From NCBI GenBank assembly GCA_023265235.1, contig JAHFUF010000002.1, positions 1-32,393 of the forward strand: 32,393 nt of DNA. The letters run 5' to 3'. Origin of the DNA: Blastocatellia bacterium. GTDB taxonomy: Bacteria > Acidobacteriota > Blastocatellia > Chloracidobacteriales > JADJPF01. A program made the translations under genes and the position numbers. Positions 1 through 7,876 of this stretch are shown here, in pieces. Numbering within the stretch: the first letter of the stretch is position 1; the number at the start of each line of letters is the position of its first letter. The notes below the pieces were generated by a model. That model ran no database searches. It was not told where the DNA came from and worked only from the letters and a program-made list of their open reading frames with translations.

Positions 1-1200
1 CTTTAACAACTACAGCAGCTTGTTTAATAGCGTTATAGCTATTTAAGACTGTTTCAATTTCTCCTAGTTCGATACGAAACCCTCTAACCTTTACTTGATT
101 GTCAATTCGTCCTAGAAACTCTATATTTCCATCTGCTAAGTAACGAGCTTGATCCCCTGTTGAATAAAGCCTTTCACCCAGCTTGTTACTAAATGGATTA
201 GGGATAAACCTTTCTGCTGTAAAGTCTGGACGATTGTAATATCCTCGCGCTAATGAAATGCCTCCAATATATAGCTCTCCTATTACTCCTATAGGAACAA
301 TTTTGTAGTTTTTATCAAGAATATAAGCTTTTGTATTAGCAATAGGCTTACCAATTGGTACTCTTTGTTTTTTGGCTTCACTAATACATTGATAGTAAGT
401 AGCATCTATAGTTGTTTCTGTTGGGCCATAAAGATTATAAAGCTCTGCTTTAGAAGACTTAAAGAAAAGCTCTTTTAATTGTGGACTTAAGGCTTCACCA
501 CCACAAAAAATTCGTTTTAGCTTGTTATTTGCAAACTCTTTTTCTTCAACAATTAGGCTTAAAAGCGATGGAACAAACTGAACTGTAGTAATGTTATTAC
601 TGCTAATAGTTTCTAATAAGTATTTTATATCCGAATTAAAGTCAGGTTTGGTTATTACTAGCTTTGCTCCAACAATTAGTGGAAGATAAAACTCACACAC
701 AGAAGCATCAAAACTAATAGGGGTTCTTTGTAATGTTGTATCTTCTGATGTTATAGAAAATCTGTCTTTCATCCAAATCATATGATTAGCTATAGCTTCT
801 TGGGTAATCATCACCCCTTTAGGCAAACCTGTAGACCCTGATGTATGAATTATATAGGCTATTTCCTGACCACTAATATTAAGTTTAGGGTTGTGTTTTG
901 CTGATGTGTTAAATATTGAGTCTTCTTTATCAAGATAGAGCTTAGCTACTTTTAGCTCAGAGGTTTGCTCTTTTAGCTCAGAATGAGTTATCAAAAGCTG
1001 TAGGTTTAAGTCATTAATAATAAAGTTTAGTCTATCTATTGGGTAATAAAGACTTAACGGTACATAAGCAACACCAACTTTTAGACTTGCTATCATAGCA
1101 ACAACTATTTCCAAACAGTTTTGCATATAAATGCCTACTACAGATTGTCTTTCTATTTGCGCTTTAAGATAGTTTGCAAGTTGATTAGCTTTCTCATTTA
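1..1200 (-). repeat. Tandem module duplication, distal A-domain copy (period 3162 nt)
   Basis: Aligns with 3163..4362 at a constant offset of 3162 nt (1054 codons). There is an 84-nt perfect match at 386-469 = 3548-3631. The translated A domains are nearly identical from NQLANYLK through GRIDxQVKxRGFRIELGEIE. The copy is truncated by the window edge. Confidence 0.85.
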
Positions 1201-4200
1201 ACTCTTGATAGGTAAGTACTTTGTTTTCAAAACTTACAGCTATAGATTCAGGAGTAAGTGCTACTTGTTTTTCAAATAGTTGATAAACAAACACATCTTT
1301 TGGATAGTTAACATCTGTTTGGTTAAACCCTTCTAATAGAATACTTTGCTCTTTATCATTTAATATTGGTAAGGTAGAAACCTTGTGACTAGGGTTATTT
1401 ATTAGTGACTCAAGTAAAACTTGATAATTTTCAAGCATCCTTGTTATGGTGTCATCTTCAAATAAACTAGTATTGTATGTTAATGATACTTCTAGTCCAT
1501 TGGATGTTTGAGTCATAGAACATGTTAAATCAAACTTTTCAATATTTGTCTCAATATCAAAGTAAGATAGTTCTAAATCATTGAGATTAAATGTTGATAA
1601 GTTATCTTCTTGGAGTAAAAACATAATTTGAAATATAGGAGAATAGCTTAAGCTTCTCTCAGGCTGGAGTAACTCAACTAGTTTTTCAAAAGGAATTTCT
1701 TGATGTGTATAAGCTTCTAAACAAGTTTCTCTTACTTTTTCTAACAACTCTAGAAATGAATCATTAGCCGAAAAACTAGTTCTTAATATCAGCGTATTAA
1801 GAAAAAAACCTATTAAACCTTCTGTTTCAGGATGGTTCCTTCCTGCTATTGGGCTGCCTACTATTATGTCTAGCTCTCCGCTATAACGATATAGCAAAAG
1901 CTTAAAGCTAGCTAACATTGTCATAAACAAAGTTGTGCTTGCTTTTTTACTTAAAGAAACTACCTTTTGACTTAACTCTTTTGAAACAATAGTTTGCTGT
2001 CGTCTGCCATGATGTGTTTGGTTTGTAGGTCTAGGTTTATCTATTGGTAAACTATGCAGAGGTTTAATACCTGAAAGCTTTTTCTCCCAATACTTAAATT
2101 CTTTTTCTAAAACCTCTCCTGATAACCTATCACGTTGCCATAAAGCATAGTCTACATATTGTATTGGTAATGGGTCAAAGCTAGGGGGTTGACCTGAAAT
2201 AAAACCTTGATAAAAGGAGCATAATTCTTGTAAAAAAATATTTATTGACCAAGCGTCTGAAACTATATGATGTGTGCTAAGTAATAAAATAGCAGACTCT
2301 TTTGACAATAAAAATAACATCACTCTTATTAAAGGCAATTTAGACAGGTCAAAAGCTTTACTGGCAACCTGTGTGATTAATTCTACACTTTTTTGTTTAC
2401 TTTCTACTTCTGATAAATGGGTTAAGTCTATTGTTTCTAGAGCAATATAAAAATCATCTTCTATTATTTGCACTGGTTGTTCTAAAAGAGTGCTAAACCT
2501 AGTACGTAGGCTTTTGTGTCTCTTTATAATTTCATTAACACTTTTTTCTAGGGCTGTTATATTTATAGTACCTGTTATTAATCTTGTTGTAGAGGTGTTA
2601 TAAACAGGACTATCAGGTTCAAACTCAGCCAAAAACCATAACCTTTGTTGGGCAAATGATAAAGGTAGCGATTTGGTTCTATCCACCACTATAGAGCTAA
2701 ATTCGTTAGCAGACCCAGAATAAAGCATTACTTTTTCTGCTAGGCTAGCCACAGTAGCCGAATCAAAAATATCTCGAATAGTCATTTTTATATTAAAGTT
2801 TTTTTGTATTCTAAAAATAATTTGTAAAGCTAAAAGCGAGTGACCTCCTAAAGCAAAAAAATTGTCATAAACTCCTATTTTTTCTCGTTTTAGTATTTCA
2901 GACCAAATTTTAACAACCTTTTCTTCTATGGTATTTCGAGGAGCAACAAAACCTTCTGATACTTCTATATCAGGGGTTGATAGTGCATTTCGGTCTATTT
3001 TCCCGTTTGGCATTAATGGAAAAAAGGGTAAAAAAACATAGCCTGTAGGGATCATATAACTTGGTAACTTAACTCTTAGTATCTGTTGAACTTCTTGTAA
3101 TGTCATCTCTATTGACTTTGTAACCAAGTAAGCAACTAAACCTTTATCCCCTTTACTATTTTCTTTAGCAAGGACTACAGCGTCTTTTATAGTTGGGATT
3201 TCTAAAAGTGCTGATTCAATTTCTCCCAACTCTATCCTAAATCCTCTTATTTTTACTTGACTGTCAATTCGTCCTAGAAACTCAATATTTCCATCAGTTA
3301 AGTAGCGAGCTAAGTCTCCTGTTGAATACAGCCTTTCACCTAGTTTGTCACCAAAAGGATTAGGGATAAACCTTTCTGCTGTAAAGTCTGGACGGTTGTA
3401 ATACCCTCGTGCTAATGCAACACCTCCAATAAACAACTCTCCTACTACTCCAATAGGCACAATATTTAAGTGTTTATCTAAAATATAAGTCTGTAAACCA
3501 TCAATAGGCTTACCAATTAGTACTGGCTGTTTTTTAGCATCATTAACACATTGATAGTAAGTAGCATCTATAGTTGTTTCTGTTGGGCCATAAAGATTAT
3601 AAAGCTCTGCTTTAGAAGACTTAAAGAAAAGTTCTCTTAATTGTAAGCTCAATGCTTCACCACCACAAAAAACTCGTTTTAGCTTGCTATCAGTAAACTC
3701 TTTTTCTTCAACAATTAGGCTTAAAAGTGATGGGACAAACTGAACTGTAGTGATGTTATAGCTGCTAATAGTTTCTAGTAAATATTTTATATCAGCATTA
3801 AGGTCAGGTTTGGTTAAAACTAGCCTTGCTCCAACAATTAGCGGAAGATAAAACTCCCATACAGAAGCATCAAAACTAATGGATGTTCTTTGTAATGTTG
3901 TATCTTCTGATGTTATAGAAAATCTATCTTTCATCCAAACCATATGATTAGTTATAGCTTCTTGGGTAATCATTACTCCTTTAGGCAAACCTGTAGACCC
4001 TGACGTGTGAATGATATAGGCTATTTCCTGACCACTAATATTAATTTTGGGGTTGTGTTTTGCTGATGTATTAAATATTGAGTTTTCTTTATCAAGATAG
4101 AGCTTAGCTACTTTTAGCTCAGAGACTTGCTCTTTTAGCTCAGAATGAGTTATCAAAAGCTGTAAGTTTAAGTCATTAATAATAAAATTTAATCTATCTA

Positions 4201-7200
4201 TTGGATAATAAAGACTTAGTGGGACATAAGCAATACCTGACTTTAGACTTGCTATCATAGCAACAACTATTTCCAAACAGCTTTGCATATAAATGCCTAC
4301 TATAGCTTGTCGTTCGATTTTCACTTTAAGATAGTTTGCAAGTTGATTAGCACGCTCGTTAAGTTGTTGATAAGTAAGCGACTTTCCTTCTAAGATCACA
4401 GCTATATTATTAGGTGTTTGTAAGGCTTGTTCTTGCAAAAGTTCAGGTAAAAATTTTTCTACACAATAACCCTTTTGCCAACTATTAAACCCCACTATTT
4501 GATTATATTCACTTTTATCTAAAAATGAGATTTGAGAAATAGGAGTTTTTCTATCAACTAATATTTTCTCTAACAAAGTTTGATAGTGTTTTGACATTCT
4601 TAAAATAGTGTTTTGATCAAAAAGGTCAGAATTATATTCCCACACTAAAGAAATCTGTTTTACATTAGAAGAAGAATTTGCTCCAATAGATTGTTCAAAA
4701 TGAGGGATAACAATAGCGGTAAGATCAAACTTAGAAGAGCCATTACTTAATGCTTCTGTTAGGTTTATGTCTACTTCAGGGAACTCTAGTTTTGGAATTT
4801 GCGCGTCATGGAAACTAAAAAACACTTGGCATATTGGAGAATAGCTTAAACTACGTGCTGGATTTACTGCATCAACAACCCTATCAAAAGGAATGTCTTG
4901 GTTTTCATAAGCTGCTAGTGTTGTGTGTTTTATTTTTTCTAATAAATCGTCAAACCTTTCTTCTTCTGACAAGATACTTCTTAGGACTATATTATTAACA
5001 AACATGCCTATAATATTTTCTACTTCTTGTAAGCGTCGATTAGCAATTGTTGAGCCTAAAGCTATATCTTTTTGACCACTATAACGATAAAGCAGGATTG
5101 TAAAAGCGGCAGACATCACCATAAATAATGTAGTTTCTTTCTCCCTGCTTAAATTACGTAGCGATTGACAAAGCTCTTCTGATAAGTGCTGTCTAAAGCT
5201 ACTACCTTGAAAAGTTTGCAGACTAGGGCGCACACGATCATAAGGAAGTGTTAGTAATGGAGGGCAACCTGTTAAATTGTTTTTCCAGTAAGCAGATTGA
5301 GCCTTGGCAGCTTGAGTTTCTAACCATTGATGTTGCCAAGCAGCAAAATCAACAAACTGTATTTTAAGCTCTTCTAATTTTGGATTCTGGCCTAAGTAGT
5401 AAGCTTGATAAAGAGTTACTAGCTCTTTAAGAAATACATTAAAAGACCAACCATCATGAACTATATGATGTTCACTATGAATTAAAACATGCTCTCTATG
5501 GCTTAAACGTATTATCAGCCAACGAATCAAATATAACTCTGATATATCAAACTCTTTAGAAATTTGATCATTAATTAATTTTTCTAACTTAAGTGTTTTT
5601 TCTGCTTCTGGTATTTCGCTTAAATTAATAACAGGAACACTATTAAAGTGATGTGGATGAATAATTTGTACTGGTTCTTCACCAACTATACTAAATGTAG
5701 TACGAAATATTTCATGTCTATTTATAATCTCATTAAAACACTTTTCTAGAATGTTAATGTTTAAGTTACCTTTTAACTCTAACTTAGAATGAAAAGTATA
5801 GGCTAAAGGGTTTGATGCTAGTTGTTGAATAAACCAAACTCTTTTTTGGGAAAACGATAGAGGTAAGGGCTGATGGCGAGGGATAGGAGTAATTTTTTCT
5901 ACAACTGACAAAGATTTTGATTTTGATAGGTCGAGTTTTTTGGCAAGCTGAGCTAAGGTTTCTGAGCTAAAAAAAGTACTTAAAGATAGTTCTACTTGAA
6001 AGTGTTCACGAATTCGACTAACTACCCTAGTTGCTAGTAAAGAATGTCCCCCTAGTTCAAAAAAATTATCAGACCTGCTTACATTTCTTACAGCTAAAAC
6101 TGTTTCCCAAATATTGGCTAATATTTTTTCTTCTTCTGTAGCAGGTGGGTCATAATCTCTAGCTTCACTTAATTCTTGGCTTAGAGCTAAAAGTGCTTTT
6201 CTATCTACTTTTTCATTTGCCGTTAGAGGAAACTCATCTATTTTAATAAATCGGCTAGGCACCATATGCTCTGGTAATTGTTTGCCCAAAAACTCTTTTA
6301 TCTCGTTTACAATAAAACCTACATTTTCTTTAACCCCTAGATATGCAATTAATTGTTTGTCTCCTAAAGGTGTCTCGCCTACTAATACAACACTTTGTTT
6401 AACTACAGGGTGTGTGTCCAAAACAGTTTCTATTTCACCCAATTCTATACGATAGCCTCTAACTTTTACTTGATTGTCTTTACGTCCAAAAAATTCAATA
6501 TTCCCATCTGGTAGATAACTAGCCAAATCTCCAACTTTATAAAGCCTTGCACCTGGTTTAGAGCTAAAAGGATTAGGAAGAAACCTTTCTGCTGTTAAGT
6601 CTGCTTTGGCTAAATATCCTCTTGCTAACCCGTCTCCTGATGTATAGAGTTCTCCCATAACTCCTATTGGTACAATATTAAAGTCTTCATCTACTATATA
6701 AATCTCTGTATTAGAAACAGGACATCCAATAGAAACTGTTCTACCTACTTGGCTTACATCTGTCATAACATAGCAGGAAGTAAAAGTAGTGTTCTCTGTT
6801 GGCCCATAGCCGTTAATTAGTGTTATTCCTGGTACTTGCTCTAGTAACTTCTTTACCTGTTTTACTCCTAGTACATCGCCTCCTGAGAATAGATATTTTA
6901 ACCCTCTAAAACAATCTATTTGTTCTTCTACCATTTGGTGAAATATGGCTGATATTAGCCAAAGAACTGTTATTTTGTATTCTTTTATTTTTCTTCCTAG
7001 ATCATTTAACGAAGGTTTGTAAGCAGGAAACACTACGAGTTTTGCACCATTGAGTAGGCTACCCCATATCTCAAAAGTAGAGACATCAAAAGAAATAGGT
7101 GTAAATTGTAAAAATACGTCCTGTGATTGGATTTTTATATAGTTAGTTTCTTTGATTAACCGAACTATTGATTGGTGACAAACAATCACTCCTTTAGGAT

Positions 7201-7594
7201 TACCCGTTGAACCTGACGTATATATAACATACGCCATATTTTCTGGTCTTACTAAAACGCTAAAATTACTGGTAGACTCTTTTTCTATTTCTTCCCAATC
7301 TTGGTCTAAACAAATAGTATTATTGCTTATAGCTTCTATTTTATCTCTTAACCTTTTTTGCGTTAAAATAACCTCTGCCTTAGCGTCTTTAATTAAGTAT
7401 TCTAGTCTTTTTTCAGGGTAAGCAGTTTCTAAAGGTAAGTATCCTGCACCTGCTTTTATAATAGCTAATACAGCAATTATCATTTCTAAGGAACGCTCTA
7501 AGCAAACTCCTACTAAGGTTTCTTCTTTTATTCCTTGTTTTCTTAAATAACTTGCTAATTGATTTGCTTTCTCGTTTAGCTCTTTATAGGTCAA
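1..7594 (-). CDS. Non-ribosomal peptide synthetase, 3' end runs off the left window edge: A-T-C-A-T-C-A(partial)
   Basis: Absent from the supplied ORF track because it has no stop inside the window. Hand translation of the minus strand (codon first bases at positions equal to 1 mod 3) is stop-free from 7684 to base 1. Motifs read directly, in order: first A domain YTSGSTG 7202-7222, NGYGPTE, GRKDNQVKVRGYRIELGEIE, NEKVDRK ~6200-6220. Carrier FELGGHS (Ser 6041-6043). C domain HHIVHDGWS 5444-5470. Second A domain HTSGSTG 3989-4009 with 10-residue code DAWQFGLIDK (Gln-type). Carrier ALGGHS (Ser 2837-2839). C domain HHIVSDAWS 2246-2272. Third A domain (code so far DACQFGLID) readable through GRIDNQVKVRGFRIELGEIE at ~60-120. 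Coordinate 7594 is the first canonical in-frame start (TTG) after the last upstream stop. The true start is uncertain. Confidence 0.9.
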   Translation of the reverse strand, partial: MTYKELNEKANQLASYLRKQGIKEETLVGVCLERSLEMIIAVLAIIKAGAGYLPLETAYPEKRLEYLIKDAKAEVILTQKRLRDKIEAISNNTICLDQDWEEIEKESTSNFSVLVRPENMAYVIYTSGSTGNPKGVIVCHQSIVRLIKETNYIKIQSQDVFLQFTPISFDVSTFEIWGSLLNGAKLVVFPAYKPSLNDLGRKIKEYKITVLWLISAIFHQMVEEQIDCFRGLKYLFSGGDVLGVKQVKKLLEQVPGITLINGYGPTENTTFTSCYVMTDVSQVGRTVSIGCPVSNTEIYIVDEDFNIVPIGVMGELYTSGDGLARGYLAKADLTAERFLPNPFSSKPGARLYKVGDLASYLPDGNIEFFGRKDNQVKVRGYRIELGEIETVLDTHPVVKQSVVLVGETPLGDKQLIAYLGVKENVGFIVNEIKEFLGKQLPEHMVPSRFIKIDEFPLTANEKVDRKALLALSQELSEARDYDPPATEEEKILANIWETVLAVRNVSRSDNFFELGGHSLLATRVVSRIREHFQVELSLSTFFSSETLAQLAKKLDLSKSKSLSVVEKITPIPRHQPLPLSFSQKRVWFIQQLASNPLAYTFHSKLELKGNLNINILEKCFNEIINRHEIFRTTFSIVGEEPVQIIHPHHFNSVPVINLSEIPEAEKTLKLEKLINDQISKEFDISELYLIRWLIIRLSHREHVLIHSEHHIVHDGWSFNVFLKELVTLYQAYYLGQNPKLEELKIQFVDFAAWQHQWLETQAAKAQSAYWKNNLTGCPPLLTLPYDRVRPSLQTFQGSSFRQHLSEELCQSLRNLSREKETTLFMVMSAAFTILLYRYSGQKDIALGSTIANRRLQEVENIIGMFVNNIVLRSILSEEERFDDLLEKIKHTTLAAYENQDIPFDRVVDAVNPARSLSYSPICQVFFSFHDAQIPKLEFPEVDINLTEALSNGSSKFDLTAIVIPHFEQSIGANSSSNVKQISLVWEYNSDLFDQNTILRMSKHYQTLLEKILVDRKTPISQISFLDKSEYNQIVGFNSWQKGYCVEKFLPELLQEQALQTPNNIAVILEGKSLTYQQLNERANQLANYLKVKIERQAIVGIYMQSCLEIVVAMIASLKSGIAYVPLSLYYPIDRLNFIINDLNLQLLITHSELKEQVSELKVAKLYLDKENSIFNTSAKHNPKINISGQEIAYIIHTSGSTGLPKGVMITQEAITNHMVWMKDRFSITSEDTTLQRTSISFDASVWEFYLPLIVGARLVLTKPDLNADIKYLLETISSYNITTVQFVPSLLSLIVEEKEFTDSKLKRVFCGGEALSLQLRELFFKSSKAELYNLYGPTETTIDATYYQCVNDAKKQPVLIGKPIDGLQTYILDKHLNIVPIGVVGELFIGGVALARGYYNRPDFTAERFIPNPFGDKLGERLYSTGDLARYLTDGNIEFLGRIDSQVKIRGFRIELGEIESALLEIPTIKDAVVLAKENSKGDKGLVAYLVTKSIEMTLQEVQQILRVKLPSYMIPTGYVFLPFFPLMPNGKIDRNALSTPDIEVSEGFVAPRNTIEEKVVKIWSEILKREKIGVYDNFFALGGHSLLALQIIFRIQKNFNIKMTIRDIFDSATVASLAEKVMLYSGSANEFSSIVVDRTKSLPLSFAQQRLWFLAEFEPDSPVYNTSTTRLITGTINITALEKSVNEIIKRHKSLRTRFSTLLEQPVQIIEDDFYIALETIDLTHLSEVESKQKSVELITQVASKAFDLSKLPLIRVMLFLLSKESAILLLSTHHIVSDAWSINIFLQELCSFYQGFISGQPPSFDPLPIQYVDYALWQRDRLSGEVLEKEFKYWEKKLSGIKPLHSLPIDKPRPTNQTHHGRRQQTIVSKELSQKVVSLSKKASTTLFMTMLASFKLLLYRYSGELDIIVGSPIAGRNHPETEGLIGFFLNTLILRTSFSANDSFLELLEKVRETCLEAYTHQEIPFEKLVELLQPERSLSYSPIFQIMFLLQEDNLSTFNLNDLELSYFDIETNIEKFDLTCSMTQTSNGLEVSLTYNTSLFEDDTITRMLENYQVLLESLINNPSHKVSTLPILNDKEQSILLEGFNQTDVNYPKDVFVYQLFEKQVALTPESIAVSFENKVLTYQELNEKANQLANYLKAQIERQSVVGIYMQNCLEIVVAMIASLKVGVAYVPLSLYYPIDRLNFIINDLNLQLLITHSELKEQTSELKVAKLYLDKEDSIFNTSAKHNPKLNISGQEIAYIIHTSGSTGLPKGVMITQEAIANHMIWMKDRFSITSEDTTLQRTPISFDASVCEFYLPLIVGAKLVITKPDFNSDIKYLLETISSNNITTVQFVPSLLSLIVEEKEFANNKLKRIFCGGEALSPQLKELFFKSSKAELYNLYGPTETTIDATYYQCISEAKKQRVPIGKPIANTKAYILDKNYKIVPIGVIGELYIGGISLARGYYNRPDFTAERFIPNPFSNKLGERLYSTGDQARYLADGNIEFLGRIDNQVKVRGFRIELGEIETVLNSYNAIKQAAVVVK
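3163..4362 (-). repeat. Tandem module duplication, proximal A-domain copy (period 3162 nt)
   Basis: Same evidence as 1..1200. Similarity decays upstream of about 4350, at the N-terminal part of the A domain and the C-A linker. Confidence 0.85.
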
Positions 7595-7712
7595 TTGTCG
7601 AGATTCAAATTCAATTGCTATAACTTCTGGAGTTGTTCTTACTACTTCTTCAAATAGTTCTACAATAGTCTTATCCTTTGGATAATTAGTAGCAGTATTA
7701 TTAATTTGCAAT
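6164..7712 (-). repeat. Starter A-domain cassette, copy 1 (direct repeat of 14723..16281)
   Basis: Colinear with the 5' end of the neighbouring NRPS gene at an offset of 8559-8569 nt. There is a 140-nt perfect match at 6633-6772 = 15192-15331, and 2 mismatches in 58 nt at 7383-7440 versus 15951-16008. Similarity ends exactly after the codons for SQELSE (6164 / 14723). Confidence 0.9.
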
Positions 7713-7756
7713 GGCAAGTCTTGCTTATCACAATGAGCTAGTTTTTTCTCTAACAT
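7595..7756 (-). other. Frame-broken 5' leader of the left NRPS gene (possible frameshift, pseudogenisation or sequencing error)
   Basis: ATG 7754-7756 has an AAAGG motif at 7762-7766 and is in the same frame as the gene body. That frame contains TGA 7727-7729 and TAA at 7724-7726, 7700-7702, 7697-7699 and 7685-7687. Segment 7681-7740 reads LAHCDKQDLPLQINNTATNY only in another frame, where it matches the paralogue (LSLQVNNTATNY). Left copy TATCAAAG (7676-7683) versus paralogue TATCCAAAG (16244-16252) shows a 1-nt deletion. Confidence 0.6.
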
Positions 7757-7876
7757 AAATACCTTTAAGTTTTAGAATTTATTAGAATGCTTAAAACTGT
7801 AAATTTTAGCTAAGGAGAGTCTTTAAAACCATATTAACCCACTAGGAAAAACATAGTAGGGGCGAACAGTTCACCC

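Noticed and set aside
7742-7747. Programmed ribosomal frameshift at the A6 run near the start of the left NRPS gene
   Set aside because: Two shifts in opposite directions, at the A6 run and near 7680, would be needed to read the homologous sequence. The first would have to be +1, not the -1 favoured by A-rich slippery heptamers. I saw no downstream stimulatory structure. Mutation or sequencing error is simpler.
7860-7876. Hairpin immediately after the stop of the 2815-aa NRPS gene as an intrinsic terminator. On the minus-strand RNA it is GGGUGAA-CUG-UUCGCCC, 7 bp including one G-U pair. A TTTACA-N16-TAAATT promoter-like motif lies at 7776-7803.
   Set aside because: The stem is short. The U5 tract (7847-7851) begins 8 nt after the stem rather than abutting it. 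The promoter-like hexamers are weak and expected by chance in AT-rich DNA. Operon continuity with the left gene cannot be excluded, so neither is called as a feature.
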